From: Thermosediminibacteraceae bacterium
GTDB lineage: Bacteria > Bacillota > Thermosediminibacteria > Thermosediminibacterales > Thermosediminibacteraceae
Direction: 5' to 3'
Assembly: GCA_021890755.1 (NCBI GenBank)
Contig: JAKKUQ010000003.1
Location: 3,292-67,291, forward strand
DNA length: 64,000 nucleotides
The notes below the pieces were generated by a model. It did not search any database. It saw only the letters and a list, made by a program, of their open reading frames with translations, and was not told the DNA's origin. The first letter of the stretch is position 1; each line of letters opens with the position of its first letter. The position numbers and the translations under genes were made by a program. This document shows positions 35,117 to 44,410 of the stretch, one piece after another.

Positions 35117-35569
35117 ATGTCAAAAATAACACAAGAACAACAAGATTACCAGCAATTTGTAAATAGAATCAAACCCAAACCTCCATATCTAAGAAATATA
35201 ATAATGGCTTTCCTAGTGGGAGGAATAATTTGCACTATTGGACAGGCAATTTTGAATTTTTATGTTTCATTAGGTCTTGAAAAAACCAAAGAAGCTTCTG
35301 CTGCCACGGCAGTAACTTTGGTATTTTTAGGTTCTCTTTTGACAGGCCTTGGTATATACGACCAAATAGGAAAAAGAGCTGGCGCAGGCTCAATTATACC
35401 CATTACAGGATTTGCAAACTCTATTGTAGCTCCAGCTATGGAATATAAAAGTGAAGGGTATGTATTTGGAGTAGGAGCTAAGATGTTTGTAGTTGCCGGG
35501 CCTGTATTAGTATATGGAATAACCACCTCGGCTTTAGTTGGATTGATTTATTATCTGTTAAAGTTTTAG
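35117..35569 (+). CDS. spoVAC: Stage V sporulation protein AC
   Basis: Polytopic ~150-aa protein with conserved PITGFANSIVAPAMEYKSEG and GPVLVYG motifs. Start chosen at ATG 35117. Confidence 0.9.
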   Translation: MSKITQEQQDYQQFVNRIKPKPPYLRNIIMAFLVGGIICTIGQAILNFYVSLGLEKTKEASAATAVTLVFLGSLLTGLGIYDQIGKRAGAGSIIPITGFANSIVAPAMEYKSEGYVFGVGAKMFVVAGPVLVYGITTSALVGLIYYLLKF

Positions 35570-35578
35570 GAGGACAAA

Positions 35579-36589
35579 ATGGCTCTAAAAAAAATTGGTT
35601 CTCAAACTGTTAAATTTGAAAATCCACCCTCGATTATTTCTACAGCATCAATCGTTGGGCCTGTAGAAGGAAAAGGACCTTTAAAAGATTATTTTGACCT
35701 AATATTAAATGATTTTCACTTTCAGGAAAAGACTTGGGAAAAAGCCGAAAAGAAGATGCTTAAAGAAGCAGTCGAAATGGCCATTAAAAAAAGTGGTATT
35801 CCAAGCGAAGAGATAGAATATTTTATCGCGGGCGACTTACTTAATCAGATAATTGCTGCAAGTTATGCTGCGCGAGAGTTAGGAATACCTTTTTATGGTA
35901 TTTACGGTGCTTGTTCTACCATAGCTGAAGGCCTGGGTTTGGGAGCGATGCTGGTAGATGGTGGATATGCAGATAATCTAGTAGTAGGTAGTTCAAGTCA
36001 CTTTTGCTCTGCTGAAAGACAGTATAGATTTCCTCTCGAACTTGGCAATCAAAGACCTCCGACAGCTCAGCGCACGGTAACCGGCGCAGGGGCTGCGGTG
36101 ATTTCAACAAAAAATCGAAACCCCAGGATTACTTATGTGACCACGGGCAAAGTAATTGATATGGGTGCAGCCGACCCCTATGACATGGGGAGCGCAATGG
36201 CGCCAGCGGCGGTTGACACCATCATAAAGCATCTTGAAGATTCCAAACGTTCCCCGGAAGATTATGATTTAATACTAACTGGGGACCTTGCCAGTTTGGG
36301 CAAAGATATAGCGGAAAAATTGTTAAAACAAAACGGCTTCGATGTTTCAAACAGGTATACCGATTGTGGATTATTAATATACAGTCCGCAGCAAGATGTG
36401 CATGCTGGTGGAAGCGGATGCGCATGCGCTGCAGTAGTTACTTTCGGATATATTTTCAAAGAAATGCAAAAAGGTAGATACAATAGAATTCTTCTTGTTG
36501 CTACAGGAGCGCTATTAAGTTCGACCAGTGTCCAACAAGGTGAAACAATTCCATGTATTGCTCATGCGGTAGCTATAGAAAACTTATAA
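35579..36589 (+). CDS. spoVAD: Stage V sporulation protein AD (thiolase-like fold)
   Basis: Typical SpoVAD N-terminus (PSIISTASIVGPVEGKGPL). GACSTIAEGL motif. ~336 aa. Confidence 0.93.
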   Translation: MALKKIGSQTVKFENPPSIISTASIVGPVEGKGPLKDYFDLILNDFHFQEKTWEKAEKKMLKEAVEMAIKKSGIPSEEIEYFIAGDLLNQIIAASYAARELGIPFYGIYGACSTIAEGLGLGAMLVDGGYADNLVVGSSSHFCSAERQYRFPLELGNQRPPTAQRTVTGAGAAVISTKNRNPRITYVTTGKVIDMGAADPYDMGSAMAPAAVDTIIKHLEDSKRSPEDYDLILTGDLASLGKDIAEKLLKQNGFDVSNRYTDCGLLIYSPQQDVHAGGSGCACAAVVTFGYIFKEMQKGRYNRILLVATGALLSSTSVQQGETIPCIAHAVAIENL

Positions 36590-36610
36590 ATTTTAGTGAG
36601 GGAATTTTAT

Positions 36611-36964
36611 ATGGATTATTTAATGGCATTTTTAATAGGCGGTTTAATATGCGCTATAGGACAAGTATTGATGGACTTTACGCCGTTAGCACCAGCCCAC
36701 GTACTTGTCCTTTTTGTAACTTTAGGTGTAATTTTGAGTGCACTTGGACTTTATCAGCCTTTAGTAGACCTTGCTGGAGCTGGAGCAACTGTACCATTGC
36801 CAGGTTTTGGACATACACTCGCAAGAGGAGTAATTGAAGAAGTAAATAAGTATGGCCTTTTAGGAATTCTAACTGGTGGCTTGAGATCTGCTGCCGCAGG
36901 AATTACGGCGGCGATAGTTTTTGGATATGCTATGGCTCTTATTTTTAATCCAAAACCAAAATAA
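36611..36964 (+). CDS. spoVAEb: Stage V sporulation protein AEb
   Basis: Polytopic ~117-aa paralog of SpoVAC (GAGATVPLPGFGHTLARG). Start chosen at ATG 36611. Confidence 0.88.
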   Translation: MDYLMAFLIGGLICAIGQVLMDFTPLAPAHVLVLFVTLGVILSALGLYQPLVDLAGAGATVPLPGFGHTLARGVIEEVNKYGLLGILTGGLRSAAAGITAAIVFGYAMALIFNPKPK

Positions 36965-36978
36965 AGACGAGGTTTAAA

Positions 36979-37350
36979 ATGTTTCTGGATATTATTGGTA
37001 TTCTACTGACCATTTTAATAGTGAGTCCTAAATATAGTGGCCAGGTATTTTCGATATGTATTATTGCTAACCTACTCGATATATTTGCGGCCATGGTGTT
37101 TAATTCCCAGATAACAGAAGTTATTTCAGGAGGGATTTTCAGCTCTATAAATTATTACGGTGGCAATATCGTAGTACCATACTTTTCTCCGCTGGTTTTG
37201 ATTTTAATCGGCCTAGGCCTAAAAAGCAAAGATACGGTAACATTTTGGGATTTCATAAATCCAATAGCCACCTATAAAAGACCTTGGCCTTATCTTTTTT
37301 GCAAAGTTGGCATTGCTCGAATTTTGATACTCTATTTTCTTGGAAAATGA
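36979..37350 (+). CDS. Hypothetical polytopic membrane protein
   Basis: SD GAGG upstream. Three or four hydrophobic segments. No family recognised. Confidence 0.45.
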   Translation: MFLDIIGILLTILIVSPKYSGQVFSICIIANLLDIFAAMVFNSQITEVISGGIFSSINYYGGNIVVPYFSPLVLILIGLGLKSKDTVTFWDFINPIATYKRPWPYLFCKVGIARILILYFLGK

Positions 37351-37460
37351 GTTATTTTTTTTGCTAAAAAAACATCCTGAGTTTTGTATTGCAGTAAATA
37401 ATAAACGTTTAAATGGAAATAATAGTAAATTGGAAAGTATATACAAAAGAGGGGGTTTTA

Positions 37461-38441
37461 ATGCGTATAGGTATCCCACGAGCCCTGCTTTATTACATTT
37501 ATTATCCATTCTGGAAAACATTCTTCGAATCCCTGGGTTATGAAGTTATTTTATCAAAACCAACAAACAAAAAAATATTAAAAGACGGGCTGGAATCGAC
37601 TGTCGATGACGCCTGTTTACCTATAAAAGTTTTTCACGGTCATGTTATTGATCTAATCGACAAAGTGGATGCAGTTTTTATTCCAAGAGTTATAAGTGTT
37701 GAGCCCAAAGAGTTTATTTGTCCTAAATTTTTAGGACTACCTGATATGATAAAAAATAGCATACCTAACCTGCCACCAATAATAGATTGCGAGCTTTCGG
37801 CTTATAAGAATAAAAAAGGTTTTTGGGAACACGCTCTAGCAATAGGACGTTATTTGGGACATTCGAAACCCAAAATTATGAAAGCCTATATGAGGGCCTC
37901 AATTGAGTTTAATTATTATAAAAAATTAAGAATAAATTATGGAATTCTTCCACTAGACTGCGGGGAAAAAAGTTTTTACGAGCTTGCATCCGCAAAATCC
38001 CTACATAATGAAGATCATTCTTGCAAGTTTACGGTACTTATCGTAGGACATCCTTATAACATTTACGATAACTACGTAAGTATGAATCTGATAAAAAAAT
38101 TACAGAATCTTGGTGTAAAGGTAATTACACCCGAAATAATCCCTGAAAAAAATATTTTGGATGGAGCAAAGCAACTGAATAAGAGACTATTCTGGACTTT
38201 AAGCAAAAACGTTTTAGGAAGTACTTACTACTTTCTAAAAAATGGTAACATTGATGGAATCGTTCATGTGGCCTCATTTGGATGTGGGCCTGATTCAATA
38301 GTGGGAGAACTATTGGAGCGTAAGCTTTCACGCGATTATACACTGCCATTTTTGCGTATAAATATCGATGAACATTCCGGAGAAGAAGGCTTTAATACGA
38401 GGTTAGAAGCTTTCGTGGATGTGATAGAAGGGAGAAGGTAA
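37461..38441 (+). CDS. Acyl-CoA dehydratase activase-related protein (DUF2229-like), subunit 1
   Basis: Strong SD AGAGGGGG before ATG 37461. MRIGIPRALLYY...DDACLPIKVFHGH...FGCGPDS...INIDEHSGEEGFNTRLEAF is characteristic of the family. Confidence 0.7.
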   Translation: MRIGIPRALLYYIYYPFWKTFFESLGYEVILSKPTNKKILKDGLESTVDDACLPIKVFHGHVIDLIDKVDAVFIPRVISVEPKEFICPKFLGLPDMIKNSIPNLPPIIDCELSAYKNKKGFWEHALAIGRYLGHSKPKIMKAYMRASIEFNYYKKLRINYGILPLDCGEKSFYELASAKSLHNEDHSCKFTVLIVGHPYNIYDNYVSMNLIKKLQNLGVKVITPEIIPEKNILDGAKQLNKRLFWTLSKNVLGSTYYFLKNGNIDGIVHVASFGCGPDSIVGELLERKLSRDYTLPFLRINIDEHSGEEGFNTRLEAFVDVIEGRR

Positions 38442-38443
38442 AA

Positions 38444-39553
38444 GTGAAAGTTACTTTTCCTCACATGGGAAATCTATATATACCACTTAAGACTTTTTTT
38501 GAAACCCTGGAAGTCGAAGTAATTGTTCCCCCTCCTTGCAGTAAAAAAACTTTAGAGCTTGGTTGTAAGTACTCGCCCGAGTTCGCTTGCCTTCCTCTTA
38601 AAATCACCCTAGGCAACTTCATAGAAGCGCTAAATATGGGAGCGGACACAATAATAATGGCTGGGGGAATTGGTCCTTGCCGATTCGGTTATTACGCTGA
38701 AGTGCAAAGAGAAATCTTAAAAGACCTAGGTTACAAATTTAACATGATAGTATTGGAACCACCTAAGGGGCATCTTTTAGATATAATGAAAAAAGTTTTT
38801 CATATAACCAATAAGAAAAACATTAAAGAAATTTATTCGGCGGCTAAACTGGCATGGGAAAAAGCATTATTGCTCGATAGGCTTGACAAAATGGTAAATA
38901 GTATAAGACCAGTGGAACTTATGAAAGGTGAAACCGATAGAGTTTATAAACAAGCCAAACAACAAATTTCAATGGCAAAAACAGAACAAGAATTAACTTC
39001 TGTGCAACAACAAATTTTTAAAAGAATGTCAAAGATAAAAAAGGCAAAAGATAAGGTTCCAATTAAAATAGGTCTAGTCGGCGAAATTTACACTATCCTT
39101 GAGCCATTTGTTAATTTAAACATAGAAAGGCAATTAGGAGAATTAGGCGTTATTGTAGAAAGAGGTATTTACATTAGTGAATGGATCAGAGATAACCTTT
39201 TCCCTTCTTTTTTAAACCCCAAAGAACATATAGAACTTTTGAATTTAGCCGAACCTTATATACGGTGCTTTGTCGGAGGTCATGGGCGAGAGTCAATAGC
39301 CCAAATCGTCAAATACTCTAAAGAAGGTTTCGATGGGGTTATTCACCTTCTTCCACTAACTTGCATGCCTGAAATAGTTGCAAAAAGTGCTGTACCCCTC
39401 GTGAGCAAAGATCATAACATACCAGTAATGACACTAGTTTTAGACGAACATTCAGCAGAAACCGGAGTGAGAACCCGCCTTGAAGCTTTTGTTGATTTGA
39501 TTCGCCATAGAAAGGAGGAAACCGGTAATTATGCGCTGTTACCTAGGAATTGA
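38444..39553 (+). CDS. Acyl-CoA dehydratase activase-related protein (DUF2229-like), subunit 2
   Basis: Paralogous architecture to subunit 1 (FPHMGNLYIP...EFACLPLKITLGN...GPCRFGYY...LTCMPE...LDEHSAETGVRTRLEAF). Confidence 0.7.
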   Translation: MKVTFPHMGNLYIPLKTFFETLEVEVIVPPPCSKKTLELGCKYSPEFACLPLKITLGNFIEALNMGADTIIMAGGIGPCRFGYYAEVQREILKDLGYKFNMIVLEPPKGHLLDIMKKVFHITNKKNIKEIYSAAKLAWEKALLLDRLDKMVNSIRPVELMKGETDRVYKQAKQQISMAKTEQELTSVQQQIFKRMSKIKKAKDKVPIKIGLVGEIYTILEPFVNLNIERQLGELGVIVERGIYISEWIRDNLFPSFLNPKEHIELLNLAEPYIRCFVGGHGRESIAQIVKYSKEGFDGVIHLLPLTCMPEIVAKSAVPLVSKDHNIPVMTLVLDEHSAETGVRTRLEAFVDLIRHRKEETGNYALLPRN

Positions 39554-40499
39554 TGTTGGTTCAGTTAGCACTAACTTTGCTTTGATTGATGAAGATGGAC
39601 AAATGTTAAAAAAGCTTTACATAAGAACCGCCGGAAAGCCGATTGAGGCTATAACAAATGGGTTGAAAATGATCCAAGAAAACTTTAAAGATAATATAGA
39701 AATAATGGGAGTTGGTACCACCGGAAGTGGGCGAAAGTTGGCTGCCGTGATTGTAGGAGCTGACGTAGTTAAAAATGAAATCACCGCCCACGCTGCAGCC
39801 TGCATAGCCGAATACCCCAATGTCCAAACTATTCTTGAAATAGGTGGGCAGGACTCAAAAATTATAATTCTTAGAAATGGAGTAGTTGTGGATTTTGCTA
39901 TGAATACAGTTTGCGCCGCAGGTACAGGGTCTTTTCTCGACAGGCAGGCTCAAAGGCTCGGAATTCCAATAGAGCAATTCGGAGATATTGCCCTGAGATC
40001 CAAAAACCCCACTAGAATTGCGGGTCGATGCGCTGTATTTGCTGAATCGGATATGATCCATAAACAGCAGATGGGATATAAAGTTGAGGATATTTTAAAG
40101 GGACTTTGTCAGGCGTTAGTAAGAAATTATTTGGCCAATGTGGCAAAAGGTAAGGAAATAAAACCACCGGTTGTTTTCCAAGGAGGAGTTGCTGCAAATT
40201 CTGGAATAAAAAAGGCTTTTGAGGAAGAGCTCGGTGTGGATATTATAGTGCCAAAGTATTTTGATGTAATGGGAGCATTGGGAGCTGCTATTCTTGCAAA
40301 AAAATTTATGTCACAAAACAAGTACATAAAGACCAAATTTTTGGGTTTTGAAGCCGCTTTAAGAGAGCATACAGCAGAAAGTTTCGAATGCCAGGGTTGT
40401 CCGAATTTGTGCGAAATAATACAAATATATGAAGACAAAAAACTTATTGCCCGCTGGGGTGATAGATGTGGAAGGTGGTCTGAAAGCATAGCGGTATAG
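39531..40499 (+). CDS. HgdC/BcrAD-type CoA-substrate-specific enzyme activase (ASKHA ATPase bridging a [4Fe-4S] cluster)
   Basis: GIDVGSVSTN phosphate-1 motif, GGQDSKII, conserved Cys contexts (NTVCAAGTGSFLD, AGRCAVFAESD), GGVAANSG. An extra C-terminal CxxCxxxC segment (ECQGCPNLCE). Confidence 0.85.
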   Translation: MRCYLGIDVGSVSTNFALIDEDGQMLKKLYIRTAGKPIEAITNGLKMIQENFKDNIEIMGVGTTGSGRKLAAVIVGADVVKNEITAHAAACIAEYPNVQTILEIGGQDSKIIILRNGVVVDFAMNTVCAAGTGSFLDRQAQRLGIPIEQFGDIALRSKNPTRIAGRCAVFAESDMIHKQQMGYKVEDILKGLCQALVRNYLANVAKGKEIKPPVVFQGGVAANSGIKKAFEEELGVDIIVPKYFDVMGALGAAILAKKFMSQNKYIKTKFLGFEAALREHTAESFECQGCPNLCEIIQIYEDKKLIARWGDRCGRWSESIAV

Positions 40500-40511
40500 T
40501 TTAAAATCATA

Positions 40512-40540
40512 TTGCATAAGCCTTTTTTTTGTGGTATACT
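40512..40540 (+). promoter_or_regulatory. Sigma-A-type promoter of rpsB-tsf
   Basis: TTGCAT, a 17-nt spacer, then TATACT with an upstream TGG (extended -10). Confidence 0.55.
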
Positions 40541-40639
40541 ATCACCGGTAATTCACACGCTGGAAAATTTCAGCGAGGGTGCCGCAAGGTCTTGCTGGAA
40601 GATGATTCCAGCGGAGGAAAAACCAAAGGGGGTAAAAAG

Positions 40640-41344
40640 ATGTCAGTTGTTTCAATGAAGCAATTGCTAGAAGCCGGTGTTCATTTCGGCCACCAGACCA
40701 GAAGATGGAACCCTAAGATGAAAGAGTATATCTTTACCGAGAGAAACGGCATTTACATCATTGATTTGCAAAAGACCGTGAAAAAATTGGACGAAGCTTA
40801 TGAATATGTCAAGAATTTAGCGGCCGAAGGCGGCAAGATACTATTTGTAGGTACCAAAAAACAGGCTCAGGAATCCATCCAGGAAGAAGCCAAAAGATGC
40901 GAGATGTTTTACGTCAATCAACGCTGGCTGGGTGGAATGCTAACCAATTTTAAGACAATAAAAAAGAGGATAGAACGTTTGAAAGAATTAGAGCGTATGG
41001 AAGAAGAAGGGGTCTTTGAAGTTCTTCCAAAAAAAGAAGTATTAAATCTTAAGAGGGAAAAAGAGCGCTTGGAAAAATACTTAGGTGGTATAAAAAACAT
41101 GACATCACTTCCAGACGCACTTTTCATAGTAGATCCAAGAAAAGAAAAGATAGCTGTTTCTGAAGCTAGAAAATTAAAGATTCCCATAATCGCTATAGTC
41201 GACACCAACTGCGATCCTGATGAAATAGATTACGTAATTCCGGGTAATGACGATGCTATTAGAGCTGTCAAGCTCATTACTGAAAAAATTGCTGATGCAG
41301 TCCTAGAAGGGAAACAGGGAGTTCAAATGGGTGCAGAACAATAA
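40640..41344 (+). CDS. rpsB: 30S ribosomal protein S2
   Basis: [27 protein letters not shown] signature. SD AAAGGGGG. The upstream in-frame extension in the ORF track is rejected. Confidence 0.97.
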   Translation: MSVVSMKQLLEAGVHFGHQTRRWNPKMKEYIFTERNGIYIIDLQKTVKKLDEAYEYVKNLAAEGGKILFVGTKKQAQESIQEEAKRCEMFYVNQRWLGGMLTNFKTIKKRIERLKELERMEEEGVFEVLPKKEVLNLKREKERLEKYLGGIKNMTSLPDALFIVDPRKEKIAVSEARKLKIPIIAIVDTNCDPDEIDYVIPGNDDAIRAVKLITEKIADAVLEGKQGVQMGAEQ

Positions 41345-41412
41345 CTCTTATGAGGTAAGGGGGATTTAATTTCCTATCCTTACCTTTTAATAATCTTTCG
41401 GGAGGTTTTAAA

Positions 41413-42024
41413 ATGATAAGCTCAGAACAAGTGAAAGAATTAAGGGAACGCACTGGTGCAGGAGTAATGGATTGCAAAAAGGCCTTGGCAGAAGCCGGGG
41501 GAGATATGGAAAAAGCAATCATTATTTTGAGGGAAAGAGGTCTTGCTAAAGCCGCGAAGAAAGTTGGACGTACTGCGGCTGAAGGAATCATTGATGCTTA
41601 CATACATGGCGGTAGAATAGGCGTGTTAGTGGAAGTTAACTGCGAAACAGATTTTGTAGCAAGAAACGAAGAATTTAAAAATCTGGTAAAAGACTTAGCG
41701 ATGCAAATTGCCGCAGCAAACCCCAAATACATTTCGCGCAACGATGTTCCCCAAGAAGTTATAGAAAAAGAAAGGGAAATATTGAAAGCACAGGCATTGA
41801 ATGAAGGTAAACCACCTCATGTCGTAGATAAAATCGTAGATGGAAGGATAGAAAAATTCTTCGAGGAAAACTGTCTGCTAGAACAACCATTCATAAAAGA
41901 TCCCAACAAAAAAGTATCAGAGTTGATAATGGAGAAAATTGCTTTATTAGGAGAAAATATAACTGTTAGCCGCTTTGTCCGTTTTGAAAGAGGAGAAGTA
42001 GCACCCAAAAGTGAGCAAGAGTAA
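41413..42024 (+). CDS. tsf: Translation elongation factor Ts (short form)
   Basis: [19 protein letters not shown]...AAEG signature. Follows rpsB. Confidence 0.95.
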   Translation: MISSEQVKELRERTGAGVMDCKKALAEAGGDMEKAIIILRERGLAKAAKKVGRTAAEGIIDAYIHGGRIGVLVEVNCETDFVARNEEFKNLVKDLAMQIAAANPKYISRNDVPQEVIEKEREILKAQALNEGKPPHVVDKIVDGRIEKFFEENCLLEQPFIKDPNKKVSELIMEKIALLGENITVSRFVRFERGEVAPKSEQE

Positions 42025-42029
42025 TTTAA

Positions 42030-42058
42030 AAAAGAGACACTTTTTGTGTCTCTTTTTT
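42030..42058 (+). terminator. Rho-independent terminator after tsf
   Basis: 9-bp stem AAGAGACAC/GTGTCTCTT, loop TTTTT, then a T run. Confidence 0.85.
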
Positions 42059-42128
42059 AAGAGAAATTAACAAAAACTTTTAAAAACTTAAATAAAAATT
42101 ACTCTGCTGAAAAGAGAGGGTAAAATAG

Positions 42129-42842
42129 ATGCAAAAGCCTAAGTATAAACGTGTTGTTTTAAAAATAAGTGGTGAAGCATTGGCTGGAGATAAGGAATTT
42201 GGAATAGATCAGGAAGTAATTAACTCCATAGCAGACCAAATAAAGGAAGTAAAGAGACACGGTATTGATGTAGCTATTGTTGTAGGCGGAGGTAACATTT
42301 GGCGTGGAAGAAATTCACCTCAGATGGATCGGGCAACAGCCGATTACATGGGAATGCTCGCAACTGTTATCAACGCCCTTGCTCTACAGGATGCCTTAGA
42401 AAAAAGAAATATCGAAACTCGCGTTCAAACCGCTATAGAAATGAGAGAAATTGCCGAACCTTATATACGTCGCCGGGCAATAAGACATTTAGAAAAAGGC
42501 CGAGTGGTTATTTTCGCAGCTGGTACAGGAAATCCGTATTTTTCTACGGATACAGCAGCTGCTTTAAGAGCAGCTGAAATAGAAGCAGACGTAATTTTAC
42601 TTGCCAAAAAAGTTGATGGCGTTTACGACTCCGATCCTATGAAAAATCCCAACGCCCAAAAATTTGAAAGCCTAGATTACATAGATATACTGAATAAGGG
42701 CCTTGGCGTAATGGACTCTACTGCTACTTCACTTTGTATGGATAACAAGATTCCCATAATTGTGTTCGGCATTAACAAAAAGGGTAATATCTTACGGGCT
42801 GCTCTTGGGGAAAACATAGGTACCTATGTAAAAGGGGGTTAA
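42129..42842 (+). CDS. pyrH: UMP kinase
   Basis: [12 protein letters not shown]...[10 protein letters not shown]...[13 protein letters not shown]...[17 protein letters not shown] motifs. Confidence 0.97.
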   Translation: MQKPKYKRVVLKISGEALAGDKEFGIDQEVINSIADQIKEVKRHGIDVAIVVGGGNIWRGRNSPQMDRATADYMGMLATVINALALQDALEKRNIETRVQTAIEMREIAEPYIRRRAIRHLEKGRVVIFAAGTGNPYFSTDTAAALRAAEIEADVILLAKKVDGVYDSDPMKNPNAQKFESLDYIDILNKGLGVMDSTATSLCMDNKIPIIVFGINKKGNILRAALGENIGTYVKGG

Positions 42843-42846
42843 TTTA

Positions 42847-43404
42847 ATGGATAAAAAAATTTATAAAGAGACTGAAGAGCGGATGAAGAAAGTACTTGAA
42901 AATTTAAAATCCGAGCTAGCAGCGATAAGAGCGGGCAGGGCATCTACAGCGTTACTTGATAAAGTTCTAGTAGATTATTACGGAGTTCCTACACCTGTAA
43001 ACCAATTGGCTACTATAAGTATACCTGAACCGAGGATGATTCTCATTCAACCTTGGGATACAAAAATGCTAAGTAATATTGAAAAGGCAATATTGAAATC
43101 TGAACTAGGGCTTAATCCTATCAATGACGGCAAGGTTATAAGACTGGTTCTCCCGGAACTGACTATGGAAAGACGCCAAGAACTCGTAAAAATGGCTAAA
43201 AAGAAAGCTGAAGAAGCAAAAGTTTTTGTAAGAAATATACGCAGGGATTCCAATGAAACAATAAAAAAGATGGAAAAGGATGGAGAAATCTCTCAAGACG
43301 ACAGCAGAAGATATCAAGAAGAAATACAAAAGCTCACAGACAACTATATTGAACAAATAGAAAAAATTTTATCAAACAAAGAAAAAGAGATAATGGAGGT
43401 ATAA
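42847..43404 (+). CDS. frr: Ribosome recycling factor
   Basis: [16 protein letters not shown]...VDYYG.PTP..QLA and VRNIRRD motifs. Confidence 0.97.
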   Translation: MDKKIYKETEERMKKVLENLKSELAAIRAGRASTALLDKVLVDYYGVPTPVNQLATISIPEPRMILIQPWDTKMLSNIEKAILKSELGLNPINDGKVIRLVLPELTMERRQELVKMAKKKAEEAKVFVRNIRRDSNETIKKMEKDGEISQDDSRRYQEEIQKLTDNYIEQIEKILSNKEKEIMEV

Positions 43405-43613
43405 TGAAAATTACGGAAAAAAATTTTGATCTGACGGGTTTTTCTTTAGAAGAAGCTTTGGCATACCTAGAAGAGAAAGGCATCAGTGTTAAGGAGGTTA
43501 AATTTACTTTTCCTGTTGTTCGAAAAGAAGATTATAAAAGGGCAATAGTATTAAGAGTAGAAAAAGAAATCAATAGTGACGGCGTAATTTTGCTGGTATC
43601 CTACTTTCGGTAG
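43404..43613 (+). CDS. Small (69 aa) hypothetical protein translationally coupled to frr
   Basis: The ATG overlaps the frr stop (TAATG). Followed by a strong terminator. No family recognised. Confidence 0.5.
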   Translation: MKITEKNFDLTGFSLEEALAYLEEKGISVKEVKFTFPVVRKEDYKRAIVLRVEKEINSDGVILLVSYFR

Positions 43614-43621
43614 ACTGATAT

Positions 43622-43646
43622 CCCCCTCCGAAGGGAGGGGGCTTTT
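43622..43646 (+). terminator. Rho-independent terminator after the frr-coupled ORF
   Basis: 8-bp GC-rich stem CCCCCTCC/GGAGGGGG, 4-nt loop, then CTTTT. Confidence 0.7.
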
Positions 43647-43671
43647 CGACAAAATTAGGAGGCTAAGAAAG

Positions 43672-44409
43672 GTGGAAATTAAGGGGCTAGAAGCGATTGA
43701 TAGAAATAAACTTCCCACTCACATAGCAATAATAATGGACGGCAATGGTCGTTGGGCTCAGAAGCGAGGACTCCCCCGGATAGCGGGTCATTGGGCTGGG
43801 GCAGAAACCCTTCGCAGTATAGTGGAATTTTGCGCAGAATTAAATATAAAAGTATTAACTGTTTTTGCTTTTTCTACCGAAAATTGGAAAAGACCTCAAG
43901 ACGAGGTGAAATCCATCCTCAATCTTCTTATATACTACTTAAAGAAAGAAGTGGACATTTTAAACAAGAATAATATAAAATTAATGATGACAGGTGATTG
44001 GCAGGAACTGCCACCTAGGATTCGAGAAGAAATAAAAAAGTCTATAGAATTAACTTCAAATAACACCGGTATGATTCTGAATGTGGCGTTAAATTATGGT
44101 TCCCGGCGCGAAATATTGCGGGCATGTAAAAGCATATCTTATATGGTAGCAAACGGAAAATTAAATCCCGAAGATATAGATGAAAAACTATTCAAAAAGC
44201 ACCTGTTCACTGCCGATCTTCCGGATCCAGACCTTTTGATTAGACCTAGCGGAGAGTTGAGACTCAGCAATTTTCTTTTATGGCAAATAGCTTATTCTGA
44301 ATTATGGTTTTGCGATGCCTACTGGCCTGATTTTAAGAAAGAAGACTTAATTAGGGCCATACTTGATTATCAGCGTAGGGAACGGAGATTTGGAGGTTTA
44401 ACAAAATAA
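43672..44409 (+). CDS. uppS: Undecaprenyl diphosphate synthase (isoprenyl transferase)
   Basis: HIAIIMDGNGRWA, FAFSTENWKRP and RPSGELRLSNFLLWQIAYSE motifs. Confidence 0.95.
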   Translation: MEIKGLEAIDRNKLPTHIAIIMDGNGRWAQKRGLPRIAGHWAGAETLRSIVEFCAELNIKVLTVFAFSTENWKRPQDEVKSILNLLIYYLKKEVDILNKNNIKLMMTGDWQELPPRIREEIKKSIELTSNNTGMILNVALNYGSRREILRACKSISYMVANGKLNPEDIDEKLFKKHLFTADLPDPDLLIRPSGELRLSNFLLWQIAYSELWFCDAYWPDFKKEDLIRAILDYQRRERRFGGLTK

Positions 44410-44410
44410 G

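Noticed and set aside
40529-40639. N-terminal extensions in the ORF track for rpsB (40529), the ProRS paralog (50929), polC (53819), nusB (13702), spoVAC (35084), spoVAEb (36596) and the first activase-related gene (37413).
   Set aside because: In each case an internal start with a proper SD reproduces the canonical family N-terminus. The extensions overlap upstream genes or promoter/leader elements.
42299-42577. Same-strand alternative-frame ORFs (42299-42577 in pyrH, 43752-43973 in uppS, 45960-46292 in the ytvI-like gene, 36553-36837 across spoVAD/AEb, 1452-1694 in the pilin gene, 37340-37543, and 63753-63977 in truB).
   Set aside because: They are embedded out of frame in genes with clear homology, and their products are basic and low-complexity. 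For 63753-63977, the other frame gives an unmistakable TruB N-terminus.
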